64,000 nucleotides of DNA from Mobula hypostoma. Its lineage: Eukaryota. Positions 12,330 through 24,670 of the stretch are shown piece by piece. The stretch spans positions 34,660,001 through 34,724,000 of the forward strand of contig NC_086109.1 of the NCBI RefSeq assembly GCF_963921235.1, written 5' to 3'. Both the position numbers and the translations under genes were made by a program. The notes beneath the pieces are model-generated. The model was not told the origin of the DNA. It saw nothing but the letters and a program-made list of their open reading frames with translations, and ran no database searches. The stretch's first letter is position 1, and every line of letters starts with the position of its first letter.

Positions 12330-12900
12330 TGTTGTGACTTGTCTAGTGTGGTAGTGTAGTGGGTAGTGCTTGTCGCTCTCACTTCCAGCTTTTACCGCTG
12401 GCTAGAAAAAGGAGAGCTGAATGTATAGTCTCTCCCTACCAGTCCATAGCCTCTCCAACAGCAAGCCTCACGTATTGCCCCCTTACTGGTGACACACGGA
12501 AACTGAGCTCCTTTTGGACTCAGGCTGAACTACAGAGGACGGGGAGGAGGTCTGGCCTCTGCACATGTAGCATGCTGGCTCACCGGTGTGTGAACAGCCC
12601 TCATGAACCAGATCCCCAGCTACAGGCAAATAGCTCCACTGCCTTGAGAGCTGCCTCGGGAGAGACAGGAGTAAAACCAGACTGCAAATCTGGAGTGGAG
12701 CCCCTAAGATGGCTGGACATCATTGAACATCCTTCCGACAGCTCCTGCAGCCAAGCCCGTGCCATCTGGACTACACTGGTGGGGCTGAGAGGGGTATCTT
12801 GATGTCTGGACATCTCAGGATCTCCATACCTTACCCCAGGCTTGTGATGATGATCATCATCACCCATTGTCCTTCAAGACAGACGGATGCCAACCATCCA
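12330..12900 (+). mobile_element. Probable RTE-derived non-autonomous element
   Basis: GC-rich block ending GTCCTTC..GACAGACGGATGCCAACCA, resembling RTE-type 3' ends. The family assignment is from pattern recall only. Confidence 0.45.
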
Positions 12901-13502
12901 CTCTTCCTTTGATTTCTTTTTGACGTATTACTTTAAACAATGGCTTTTATACTGGCTGCTGCATGTTTGTATCTGAATACCTTGTGGGTAATGATGGATT
13001 TTTGCAGTAAGTTTGGGTGCATATCATATGTGGAAGCAATAGTTCACCAGCCAAGTGCAAATCACTAAAAGGAATCAGCCAACATCTTAGAGGAAAGGGA
13101 ATTGACATTTTGGATTGATGACCTTTCTGGGAGATAATTACCTTTAAGCAACTTAACAAGAATGAACAGAGTTATGGGAAAGACTGAGGGTTTCTGTCTA
13201 GCAGTCAGGGAATGGTTACTGACAGAAGTAGTAGTGTGAAGAAAGAAAACAATAACAAGAGAAATAGCAGTTCCATCCTATGCCCAAGAGATATACAATC
13301 TCTTTAACACTAAAGGCATCAAGCACAGATTGGATTATCACTTCCCTATTCACCATCCGTCCATGCAGAAGGAAAAACACAGTTTTTGGTCTCTTATCTC
13401 ATTAAATTACAGATCCATTTCCACTCTGACTTTTCTGTTCTTGTGCACACCTATGTTATGCTGTCAAACTCGATGCAAGCTCAGTTATGAGCAACACATT
13501 TT

Positions 13503-14151
13503 CAGACATCCCACCCAGCAAAAACTCATTTCAGGGAGGTAGCACCATCAATTTGCAGGAGACTTCCGAGAGAGGTGGGATGTCTGCAATAGAGTAGCTC
13601 CTTAGCAGCTAGCCAGCTAGTTTAAATAACGTTAACTATGCTAATGAACGAATGACACCTGTTAAACTCACCTCAACATGTCTTTTACATTTTAACCCAC
13701 CATGGGCAATAGAAAAGTCACTGCTGCAGATGGTGCAGTGAGCAACACTGTCATTATTTTTGACCCCTATTAGGCAGGGGCACACTTTAGGGTAGTCTGG
13801 GGTAAAGAGAGTTTTTTTTTGGAACACTCTGCCACTCTGACTTTTTTTGGAACTCTCTCGCTCTTGATCTTGCTCTTGCTCTTGCTCTCTCTCCATCGCG
13901 CGCTCTCTCTCTCGTGGTCGTTCTCACTAGCGCTCGCTCTCTCACGCTTGTTTTCTCGCTCTCTCTCTCTCGCACGCGCGCTCTCTCGCGTGGTTGCTCT
14001 CACTCGTTCTCTTGCCCTCTCTCGCGCGTTCTCTCATGCTCGCTCTCAAAAAGATCAATTTCCAGGACATTGTACATAATTTGCGGGCATCAGGGAGCCA
14101 CTATTAATTTGCGGGAGACTCCCGGAACTTCCGGGAGAGGTGAGATGTCTG
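13503..14151 (-). mobile_element. Non-autonomous hAT-type element with a 6-bp TSD and a transposase BED-finger remnant
   Basis: TIRs CAGACATCCCACC / GGTGAGATGTCTG and a perfect TSD CATTTT (13497-13502, 14152-14157). Minus ORF AHCTICSSDFSIAHGGLKCKRHVE is followed by a GTGAGT donor. CT/CG microsatellite at 13853-14048. Confidence 0.88.
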
Positions 14152-14429
14152 CATTTTACAAGGCTGCTCTTTACTCTTTCTAGTATATACATTCACTTTC
14201 ACATTCTCATGGCCAATTGGTGCTAGTATTGTAAAATGGGTTTCGGAAATTTCAGCAGTAGGGAGGTTGGTGCTACAGTTGTTGATCCTCTGTCTCTAAC
14301 AGGACTACCCATGGGGCTTGCACTGGCTGCTCCCACATGGCCCTCTCATCCTTAAACACCTAGGCCCTCTGAACTTTCTGTCCTTTGATAGATACTCTAC
14401 ATACTTTCCCCCTGTTCTGTGGTAACTAT

Positions 14430-14760
14430 TGACAAACCATCAGGCTCCTGAACCTGCATGATTAACTCACAAACCTCAACTCTGAACTGATTCCACAAAC
14501 TATGGATTAATTTTTAAGGACTCTACAACTCACATTCTTGGTATTAATTATTTATTTGTTAATTATTTGCACTGTTTGTCTTCTTGAGCACATTGGTTTC
14601 TTGCCAGTCTTTGTGTGTATTTTTTTCATTTATTCTATGTATTTCTTTGCTTTTCTGTGAATATCTGCAAGAAAATGAATCAAGTGACTCTCAAGATAGT
14701 GTATGGTGACACATACAGTAGGTACTTTGTTAATAAATTTGTGTTGATCATTGAATTTTG
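14430..14760 (+). mobile_element. Rex1-type LINE 3' UTR fragment
   Basis: Similar to 34280-34603 (CAACCATCAGGCTCCTGAACC...GCAAGAAAATGAATC...AATAAATTT). Confidence 0.65.
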
Positions 14761-15029
14761 AAATGGTCCAAATAACAGGAAAAATCTAAATCTAGCCATT
14801 GCTATTAAAAAGAATTAATAATTTATAGTGTATCTCAAAGAAATGATTGTAACATTGCCAAAAAAAAAAGCTGCAGGTTGGGATACAGTAAAATTCAGAA
14901 TTCAGCAAGACATTGATAGGGAAAGAAAAATCGGAGCTGCGACAGATAACAGATATTATAAAGCTTATATTGTAATGGAAAAAGAAATGGATCAGCCGAA
15001 GTTAGTGTAGATCTTCACAGCCTGCAAAA

Positions 15030-17010
15030 AAAGAAATTACATTGGGAATTTTAAAAACTGGAAGAGAAATTGAACAAATATGTTGGAACTGAATTTCTGG
15101 AGTAAGAAAAAGGAACTGTCTTAACCCGTTTAGTAAATAACAGCAGGACCGATTGGAATCAGCATGGATTTATGAAAGTGAAGTTATGTTTGGAAAAATT
15201 AGTTGATGTTTTGAGAATTGTAACCAACTGTATAGAAAAGGGGATACTAGTCTGTCTTCTAATTAGACCCTCAGAAGGGTGACATGAGAGATTAGAGTCA
15301 TGGAGTGATAGAAGCATAGAGATAGGCCCTTCTGAAGACCAAGTCCACATTGACAAATAATCACCTATTACATTATTCCTACAGTAACTCCATATTTCTT
15401 TATTCTCTCCACATTCTCAACATTATTGATCAAAATTCAGAATGCATATTATTGAAAGAAATATATGACTGGACAGAGAATTGGTTGGTTGAAAGGAAAC
15501 AGAGTACGAGTAAATGTGTCATCTTAAAGTTGGAAGACTGTGATCATTGGCGTTCTACAAGGATCAGTGCTGAGACTCCTGCTATTCTCATCGTTCAGAT
15601 AAGCAAAGACCAGTTACTGATGATACAAAGTTGGGTGGACTTGTGGAACAATAAATGTGGAACAATATTTTAAATGGAAGGAGATTGAAATATGTTGGAG
15701 TTCAGGATGATCTAGGTGCCTTTGTACACAAGGTAATCGAGGTCCCTTTGTACATCAATTACAAGAAGTTCTCAGACATACACATAATATAATTAGGAAA
15801 AAAAAGATTGTAACCTTGATTATGATTTTTTTTTACAATTGCAAGGCAAAGTTGAATGTTAAGAACTTCAAATACATCAGGTCCACCCCATCAATGAGCT
15901 GCTCATTGGTGGAGGAGCTGGAGTGGTGTGAACCATGTTCCTGCCTACTACAGAAAGGGATCGGAGTTAGTGCGCGTTGTACAGTCCAACAACGAATGAC
16001 CGTCTTGGATGTTGCTCTCATGATAGCAAGACCATGCTGGGGATAATGTAAAATGTTGCAAGTCCATTTCTCTTATTCACTGATGAGACAGATAATGAGG
16101 GAGTTGTGCGTGGCCTCAGTTGTCGTGAGTACTAGGCCTCAAGCCACAGACTTACCTGTTGCAACAGTCCAGGATAGGAGACACCAGTCTTGCAGTGAGG
16201 CATCCATGCTGTGTCGGGGCTGGCTCGTCCCATTAGTGCTGCCATCCAGTGTTCGATTTTGGTGGAAGATCAACTGGATTGCATGCATGTGTACATTCCT
16301 CCACAGACTGCTGGGAAATGCTTGCTCTTGCCGATAACACCCATGCACAATCAATTTACAGAACATGTCACTCAGGGGCTTGGACTATGTAGATTTTTTT
16401 TGTGACTGTATGTTTACTTGCTGTCTGATATGTGCTATACGTGTCTTGTGTACGACTGTATTTTGCACCTTGGGCTCGGAGGAATGTTGATTCATCTGGC
16501 TATATGCCTGAATGATAATTAAACTTGAATAGAACTTGAAAATAATTTAATTGAGAGATGTTTGACTCCACTTATGCGATAGTATTTGGAACATTAGTCT
16601 ATTAGTCTGCACTTACAGTCAAAGGAAGGAAATATTTGTAAATATTTCCCAGAATTATGCCTGGGATGGCATGTTTGCTATATGAGAACAGATTAAGCAA
16701 ATGCTTGAGCTTATAAGAATGAAAGGGAATCTTTTTGTATTAGACAAATTTCCTACAGGGCTTAACAGAGAAGATGCAGGAGATAAGCCATAGATGGGAA
16801 GAAATTTCTTTACCTGGAGAATTTTTAGAACTTTCTAAAAGCTACAGAGCTTTAGTTGCTGAGTATATTCCAGAGAAATATCAATAGGTTTTGGATATTT
16901 AGGGATTCAGGGGGCATGAGTTAGTCCTGGCAAGAGGTGACGATATGAGAAATCTACTATATTTTTGAATGGTGGAACATTCATAGGGTACAAACGTCTT
17001 AATCCTGTTT
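15030..17010 (+). mobile_element. Highly degraded CR1 ORF2 and 3' pieces interrupted by other repeats (about 15290-15425 and 15850-16540)
   Basis: Remnants such as CAGCATGGATTTATGAAAG (QHGF.K), GATGATACAAAGTTGGGTGG (DDTKLG) and CR1 3' UTR motifs. Confidence 0.55.
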
Positions 17011-17360
17011 GTACAATTTTTAGCTTTTCTTTTGTTATTGTAACCATTTTTATTTTCTCTCATTATTGGTACGGCACCTCTAAAATCCAAGTCCCGAGGA
17101 TCTTGAGCCAAGCACCAACACCCACTGATACCCTCCTTGCCCATTTGTCTCCTCAGACATCCCTGTGGTCTTTGAACCTTCCTGCCCCTAATAGTAACAA
17201 GAAACGGAGAATGAGGTCAGGTGATATATCAAATGATCTGTTGATTGTTGTTTCTTCCTGTCTATCATCTTATACTGAATTTTAATTTGGGACAGGAAAG
17301 GAATGGAGCTGTGAAAGGAACTTTAGCGGGTGCATGGTGTCCGTACAGTTCTGGCCAGAG

Positions 17361-17968
17361 ACATAGAAACATAGAACCATAGAACACTACAGCGCATAAA
17401 ACAGGATATTCGGCCCTTCTAGTCTGTGCCGAAACATTATTCCGCTAGTCCCATTGACCTGCATCCAGTCCATAATCCTCCAGACCTCTCCCATCCATCT
17501 ACCTATCCAATTTATTCTTAAAACTTAAGAGTGAGCCCGCATTTACCACGTCAGATGGCAGCTCGTTCCACACTCTCACCACTCTCTGAGTGAAGAAGTT
17601 CCTCCTAATGTTCCCCTAAACCTTTCCCCTTTCACCTTAAAGCCATGTCCTCTCATATTTATCTCTCCTAATCTAAGTGGAAAGAGCCTATTCACATTTA
17701 CTCTGTCTATATCCCTCATAATTTTGTAAACCTCTATCAAATCTCCCCTCATTCTTCTATGCTCCAAGGAATAAAGTCCTAACCTGTTCAATCTTTCCCT
17801 GTAACTCAACTCCTGAAGACCCGGCAACATCCTAATAAATCTTCTCTGCACTCTTTCAATCTTATTGATATCCTTCCTATAGTTAGGTGACCAGAACTGT
17901 ATACAATACTCCAAATTTGGCCTCACCAATGTCTTATACAACCTCCCCACAACTTCCCAACTCCTATA
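17361..17968 (-). mobile_element. Young CR1 LINE 3' fragment
   Basis: ORF 17576-17971 reads LYKTLVRPNLEYCIQFWSP...ERVQRRF...RMRGDLIEVYKI. It ends in a (TTCTATG)-type tail. Confidence 0.93.
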
Positions 17969-18509
17969 CACTCAGTTGCTGCTTTATTCAGTACACATGT
18001 ACACCTGCTTGTTAATGCAAATATCTAATCGGCCAATCATGTAGCAGTAACTCAGCGCATAAAAGTATGGTCAGAGGGTTCATTTGTTGTTCAGGCCAAA
18101 CATCGAAATAAGAAAGAAATGTGATCTAAGTAACTTTGACAGTGGAATGATTGTGGTTTGGGTATCTCAAAAAACTACTGATCTCCTAGGATTTTCACAC
18201 GCATTCGTCTCTGGAGTTGGCAGAGATTGGTGCGATAAAAAAATTCAATAAGCAGCAGTCATGTGGGTGAAAGTGCTTTGTTAATGAAAGAGGTCAGAGG
18301 AGAATGGCCAAACTGGTTCAAGCTGACAGGAAGGCAACAGTAACCCAAATAACCATGCCTTATAACAGTGATGTGCAGAAGAGCATCTTTGAATGCACAA
18401 CACGTCAAATCTTAAAGTGGATGGCCGACAGCAGCAGAAGACCATGAACATTCACTCAGTGGTCACTTTATTAGGTACGGGACATGACTAGTAAAGTGGT
18501 CACTGGGCA
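17969..18509 (+). mobile_element. Tc1-like deleted transposon
   Basis: TA-flanked degenerate TIR of the type CACTCAGTGGCCACTTTATTAGGTAC. Internal transposase N-terminal remnant KKCDLSNFDSGMIV near 18113-18155. An extra internal TIR copy lies at 18453. Confidence 0.75.
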
Positions 18510-18916
18510 TATGTCTAGCTGTTTCTTTGACCATGTTGTGAACTGAGTGCCTGGTTCCCTTTGACGTCAGAGTAATGGTGTATGTCATCAGCTATTATAG
18601 AGCACGATTACAGGTTATTTCAAAATGACCGTATGATTTCTAGAATGTAAGAGGTAGAATCCCCTAACTTATGACAAGATTCTTCACAGAGTCTTTGTTG
18701 AAATCAATTGACAACTTGGCCAAGATCACAATAAAACGGCATTGTAAATCTGCTTAAACATGAAGTCCAATACAGGAATATTCCAGAAGCTGAAAATCCA
18801 GAAGAAACAGGAAATGCAGTAAAAACTCTGCAGGCTAAACAATCTATAACAATAGTGACATACATCAAAGTTGCTGGTGAACGCAGCAGGCCAGGCAGCA
18901 TCTCTAGGAAGAGGTA

Positions 18917-18958
18917 CAGTCGACGTTTCAGGCCGAGACCCTTCGTCAGGACTAACTG
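18917..18958 (-). ncRNA. Minimal type I hammerhead ribozyme motif
   Basis: Reverse complement reads AGUC-CUGACGA-AGG(loop)CCU-GAAAC-GUC^GACUG. Confidence 0.85.
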
Positions 18959-20032
18959 AAGGAAGAGTGAGTAAGGGATTTGAAAGCTGGAGGGGGAGGG
19001 GGAGATGCAAAATGATAGGAGAAGACAGGAGGGGGAGGGGATGGAGCCAAGAGCTGGACAGGTGATTGGCAAAAGGGGATACGAGAGGATCATGGGACAG
19101 GAGGTCCGGGAAGAAAGACAAGGAAGGGGGGGGTGACCCAGAGGATGAGCAAGAGGTATATTCAGAGGGACAGAGGGAGAAAAAGGAGAGTGAGAGAAAG
19201 AATGTGTGCATAAAAATGAGTAACAGATGGGGTACGAGGGGGAGGTGGGGCCTTAGCGGAAGTTAGAGAAGTCGATGTTCATGCCATCAGGTTGGAGGCT
19301 ACCCAGACGGAATATAAGGTGTTGTTCCTCCAACCTGAGTGTGGCTTCATCTTTACAGTAGAGGAGGCCGTGGATAGACCTGTCAGAATGGGAATGGGAT
19401 GTGGAATTAAAATGTGTGGCCACTGGGAGATCCTGCTTTCTCTGGCGGACAGAGCGTAGATGTTCAGCAAAGCGGTCTCCCAGTCTGCGTCGGGTCTCAC
19501 CAATATATAAAAGGCCACATCGGGAGCACCAGATGCAGTATATCACCCCAGTCGACTCACAGGTGAAGTGATGCCTCACCTGGAAGGACTGTTTGGGGCC
19601 CTGAATGGTGGTAAGGGAGGAAGTGTAAGGGCATGTGTAGCACTTGTTCCGCTTACACGGATAAGTGCCAGGAGGGAGATCAGTGGGGAGGGATGGGGGG
19701 GACGAATGGACAAGGGAGTTGTGTAGGGAGCGATCCCTGCGGAATGCAGGGGGGGGGAGGGAAAGATGTGCTTAGTGGTGGGATCCCTTTGGAGGTGGCG
19801 GAAGTTACGGAGAATAATATGTTGGACCCGGAGGCTGGTGGGGCGGTAGGTGAGGATCAGGGGAACCCTATTCCTAGTGGGGTGGTGGGAGGATGGAGTG
19901 AGAGCAGATGTACGTGAAATGGGGGAGATGCGTTTAAGAGCAGAGTTGATAGTGGAGGAAGGGAAGCCCCTTTCTTTAAAAAAGGAAGACATCTCCCTCG
20001 TCCTAGAATGAAAAGCCTCATCCTGAGAGCAG

Positions 20033-20854
20033 ATGCGGCGGAGACAGAGGAATTGCGAGAAGGTCCGCCGCATCTGCTCTCAGGATGAGGCTTTTCATTC
20101 TAGGACGAGGGAGATGTCTTCCTTTTTTAAAGAAAGGGGCTTCCCTTCCTCCACTATCAACTCTGCTCTTAAACGCATCTCCCCCATTTCACGTACATCT
20201 GCTCTCACTCCATCCTCCCACCACCCCACTAGGAATAGGGTTCCCCTGGTCCTCACCTACCGCCCCACCAGCCTCCGGGTCCAACATATTATTCTCCGTA
20301 ACTTCCGCCGCCTCCAAAGGGATCCCACCACTAAGCACATCTTTCCCTCCCCCAACCCTGCATTCCGCAGGGATCGCTCCCTGCACAACTCCCTTGTCCA
20401 TTCGTCCCCCTCATCCCTCCCCACTGATCTCCCTCCTGGCACTTATCCGTGTAAGCGGAACAAGTGCTACACATGCCCTTACACTTCCTCCCTTACCACC
20501 ATTCAGGGCCCCAAACAGTCCTTCCAAGTGAGGCATCACTTCACCTGTGAGTCGACTGGGGTGATATACTGCGTCCAGTGCTCCCGATGTGGCCTTTTAT
20601 ATATTGGTGAGACCCGACGCAGACTGGGAGACCGCTTTGCTGAACATCTACGCTCTGTCCGCCAGAGAAAGCAGGATCTCCCAGTGGCCACACATTTTAA
20701 TTCCACATCCCATTCCCATTCTGACAGGTCTATCCACGGCCTCCTCTACTGTAAAGATGAAGCCACACTCAGGTTGGAGGAACAACACCTTATATTCTGT
20801 CTGGGTAGCCTCCAACCTGATGGCATGAACATCGACTTCTCTAACTTCCGCTAA
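20033..20854 (+). CDS. Uninterrupted 273-aa ORF: Penelope RT C-terminal part, Cys-rich linker and GIY-YIG endonuclease (TE-derived, expression unknown)
   Basis: Motifs RRICS, PCKRNKCYTC, GVIYCVQCSRCGLLYIGETRRRLGDRFAEH, LEEQHLI and PDGMN. The ATG comes from the inverted arm. Confidence 0.55.
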   Translation: MRRRQRNCEKVRRICSQDEAFHSRTREMSSFFKERGFPSSTINSALKRISPISRTSALTPSSHHPTRNRVPLVLTYRPTSLRVQHIILRNFRRLQRDPTTKHIFPSPNPAFRRDRSLHNSLVHSSPSSLPTDLPPGTYPCKRNKCYTCPYTSSLTTIQGPKQSFQVRHHFTCESTGVIYCVQCSRCGLLYIGETRRRLGDRFAEHLRSVRQRKQDLPVATHFNSTSHSHSDRSIHGLLYCKDEATLRLEEQHLIFCLGSLQPDGMNIDFSNFR

Positions 20855-21145
20855 GGCCCCACCTCCCCCTCGTACCCCATCTGTTACTCATTTTTATGCA
20901 CACATTCTTTCTCTCACTCTCCTTTTTCTCCCTCTGTCCCTCTGAATATACCTCTTGCCCATCCTCTGGGTCACCCCCCCAACTGGTCTTTCTTCCCGGA
21001 CCTCCTGTCCCATGATCCTCTCGTATCCCCTTTTGCCTATCGCCTGTCCAGCTCTCGGCTCTATCCCTCCCCCTCCTGTCTTCTCCTATCATTTTGCATC
21101 TCCCCCTCCCCCTCCAGCTTTCAAATCCCCTACTCACTCTTCCTT

Positions 21146-21187
21146 CAGTTAGTCCTGACGAAGGGTCTCGGCCTGAAACGTCGACTG
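21146..21187 (+). ncRNA. Minimal type I hammerhead ribozyme motif
   Basis: Core CTGACGA at 21155-21161, stem II AGG/CCT, GAAA at 21175-21178, stem I AGTC/GACT. The GTC triplet predicts a cut after 21182. Confidence 0.85.
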
Positions 21188-22329
21188 TACCTCTTCCTAG
21201 AGATGCCTCCTGGCCTGCTGCGTTCACCAGCAACTTTGATGTATGTTGCTTGAATTTCCAGCATCTGCAGAATTCCTGTTGTTTGTGTATAACAATAGTG
21301 AGTCAGGATTAATGTTTCTAATGATTCTTCATTCAAACTCTTCTGTGTCTCTCAAAGTTAGGTGCTGCTTGACCATTGAGCATTTCCTGTATTTTCAGCT
21401 TCCATTTAACAAAATTTTTGTCTTGAATTTGCTGCCATAACCACATGATGGAGCTGTTAACTACTTTTTTGAATAAATGTAATTACAATTGAATGAATTT
21501 ATCTGCCTGCCAACTACAGGAGCACTAAACGTTAATTCATAGCAGGCTGTAATATTTTCAAAATGGCTTTGTTAAAGTATAATCACACATGACTCTTTAT
21601 CATAGCAATTTTAGTGGGGTTGCAAGTGTATGAAAAGCGTTTTCCTGCTGCATTTTGATTAAACTGTGTTGTTTATTCACCCCCTCTATCCTGTTCCACC
21701 ACTTAATTAAATCATATCTGATCTACACCTCTACTCAATTACTGTTCTTTGCCCTATATCCCTTGATACCAACAAAATCTTTCCATCTCAAGCCTTAAAA
21801 GCTCTAATTTATTTCCGCCAGCTTCTCAGTTAGAGAATTCCAGAATAATACTACCCACGGTGAAACAAATAGGTTCTGATTCCTGACTACCAAGTTCTAA
21901 TTTTCACTTATGTTCTGTTGCTAATGTTTTCCCCATCAGAGTAAGCAACCTCCTCCTATCAATCTGACCAATCCGTTTTACAGTCTTGAACATTGTTTCA
22001 ACTAAATCTTTAGCATTCATAGGAATACAAGTGTTTGCAGCTTGTTCATATATATTAACCCTCCAAGTCTCAGTATTATTCTTTTGCTTTAATTACATAA
22101 TTTTCCAAGGCATGAAACCTAAAATCAAACTCAATCCACTCATATTTTCTTTGAGGGAGCAGAATGAGGGACCCTGCAGCAAAGCAATTGAAAAATCAGA
22201 AACAAGTCAAAGAATGATTCCCAAAAGACTATTTTTATGATCAATTTAAGTGAGTTTTTCTGGGATATTGTCAATGTTATAGACAGTAGCACTATTTATA
22301 CCCAGGTGAACTCATTATAAGGGTAATAG

Positions 22330-23430
22330 TCATAGAATCATACAATACAGAGACAGGCTCTTTGGGATAAATGATCCATGCCAACAAAGATGACCATCAA
22401 AGCTAGATCCATTTGCCCATATGTGGCATATACCTGTATCATTGCCTATCCTTGTATGTATCCGACTGTCTTTTAAAGTATGTTATTTTGTCCTGTCTCA
22501 ACCATTTCCTCTGGCATCTCATTCCACATACGTCTCAAATAATAGAACATGGAAAAGTACAGAACAGTACCTTTCAACTTACTCCAAATCAGTCTAACCC
22601 TTCCCTCCCACATAGCCCAACCTTTTCCTTTCATCCATGTGCCTAAGTGTCTCATTAAACATTCAAATTAAACATTGGACTTTTTAATTAGAATGGGCCC
22701 TTTTCTTTTTGTTATTCTTTACTAACCCTTTAGTTAAGATTCATAAACATAATTCCTTTAGTCGCATGCAGTGTGCTGTTTGTTACTTCATGGCACTAAT
22801 TTGTAACAAGATAGCAAATTACATAGCATCCACACAAACCGGGTTTGTGTTGGGAGAAGCTATCTCAATCTCTTGAGTTTAATGGGACTTAAGAGTGTCT
22901 TCCCTAGAATTCTGCAGCCAAGGAAACCAGGGTGTTTCAAAAACCCACCTCTGACATCCCCCCTATACATTCCACCAACCTCCTTGAAATTGTACCCTTC
23001 TGTATTAGCCATTGCCACTCTGGGAAAAAGGTGCTGGATGTCCATTTAATCTAAGCTTTTATCATCTTATACACTTCTATCGATTCACCACTCATCTTCC
23101 TTAGCTCGAAAGACAAACAGCTGAGCTCGCTGAGCCTTTCCTCATACGACATGCTCTCTATTCCAGGCAGTATTCTGGTGAATCTTCGCACCTTCTCTAA
23201 ATCCCCCACGTCCTTCCCGTGGTGAGGTTAGGCTGAATTGAACATCATACTTCAACTGTGGATGAATCACAGTTTTATAGAGCTGTAATATTATCTGGTG
23301 GCTCTTGAATTCAATCCCCGACTAACAAGGGCCAACATACCACGCGCCTTCGTAACAACCCTATCAACTTCCATGGCAACTTTTAGGCATTTGTCTGCTC
23401 CTTCCTACTGCTAAGAATCCTGCCATTAAC
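22330..23430 (-). mobile_element. Cluster of CR1 3' fragments, interrupted
   Basis: CATAGAATCATA and AATAGAACAT tails; ORF piece HLFPRVAMANTEGYNFKEVGG. Confidence 0.7.
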
Positions 23431-23959
23431 CAAAAGAAAACAATAAATGCTAGGCCAAACAGGGCCATTAACTAAAACGCTCAAATGAAAAATTACATGC
23501 CAACATCGTGACTGAAAAGAGCCCTCTAAATATAAAATGAATACCGCTGGTCCTCAATGTCGGTCAACTTGACAGTCCATTATTTTCAGGCAAGGCTGAA
23601 TGCAAGCGTAACATTGCTGCGCTTTGTTCAAGTCTCAACAAGTTCTACAACGAAAAGGAGGAAGTTTAATACAGCCATAATGAAATAATAATTATCTGAC
23701 ATATGCATATTCACAAATGCAATTGCTGAATCTGCAGCATAGCCGAGTCCGTGGTTGTTGACACATAGTGACACATATCAACAGGCTGCAATCTACAACC
23801 TTCATGATTTATGAATGAATGAACGAATGAAATTTATTTTGGTCAGTACAAACATACTGATTGATAAGCAAGAAGAATCCGCATAGCAAATTCGCAACCA
23901 TTTTTGCTTTTGCTGGACATTGCTTTTGCAGCCACTCAATTTTCCACATTAACTTTCAT

Positions 23960-24670
23960 GTGCCCCTCTTTAGCCCACAGTGTAAGCAGGTGATCCTTCT
24001 GTTGTCTCTGGTGCTCCTGATGCGTCTTCCTCTATATTGGCGAGACCCAATTTAAATTGGGGGACCGCTTTGTTGATCGTCTCTGCTCCATCTGCCAAAA
24101 ACGGAATTTCCCAGTGGTCATCCACTTGAATTCCGATCCCCATTCCTGTTTTGACACAGTGGTCCATGGCCTCCTCTTATGCCATGATCAGCCAACTCTC
24201 AGGATAGAGGAGCAACATTTTATATTCTGCCCAGTTAGCCTCCAACCTGATGGCATGAACATCGATTTCTCCTACAGTATTTTATTTTCTTTTCTCCCTT
24301 CCCACACCTTCTATTCCCCACTCTGGCTTCTTACTTGCCTATCACCTCCCCCTGCTGCCTCTCTTCCTCCCATGGTCCACTCTCCTCTTCTATCAGGTTC
24401 CTTCTTCTCCAGCTTTTCATCTTTCCCACACACCTGGCTTCACCTACCAGCTTCTAGCTTGTCCTTCTTGCCCTACCACCAGCATTCTCTTCTGGCATCT
24501 TCCGCCCCACCCCCCCCACCCCCCCCACCGCCCCCACTTTTCCAATCGTGATGAGTGGTCTTAGCCTGAAATATCATCTGTTTATTCATTTTAGTGGATG
24601 CTGCCTGAGTTCCTCCAGATTTTGTGTGTGTGTTGCACTGGATTTCCAGCATTGTGGAATCTCTTGTGTT
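23960..24670 (+). mobile_element. Older Penelope-like fragment
   Basis: GDRFVDRL...LRIEEQHFIF...LQPDGMNIDFS, a degenerate hammerhead near 24545-24580, and a full tail. Confidence 0.85.

Larger units (their letters stand above)
18859..21287. mobile_element. Palindromic (head-to-head) Penelope-like insertion
   Basis: 18859-20042 is the reverse complement of 20064-21246, with a 21-bp spacer. 14-bp TSD TATAACAATAGTGA at 18845-18858 and 21288-21301. Both arms carry GIY-YIG ORFs. Confidence 0.96.

Noticed and set aside
13770..14183. RE/SL-rich ORFs
   Set aside because: They are translations of a CT/CG microsatellite inside the hAT element.
18859..21287. Assembly fold-back artefact, or a DNA transposon with giant TIRs
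   Set aside because: The arms differ at scattered sites and end asymmetrically, a 14-bp TSD brackets them, and the content is Penelope RT/GIY-YIG rather than a transposase.
24057..24551. ORF ending in polyproline
   Set aside because: It is a Penelope remnant running into a C-rich low-complexity tract.
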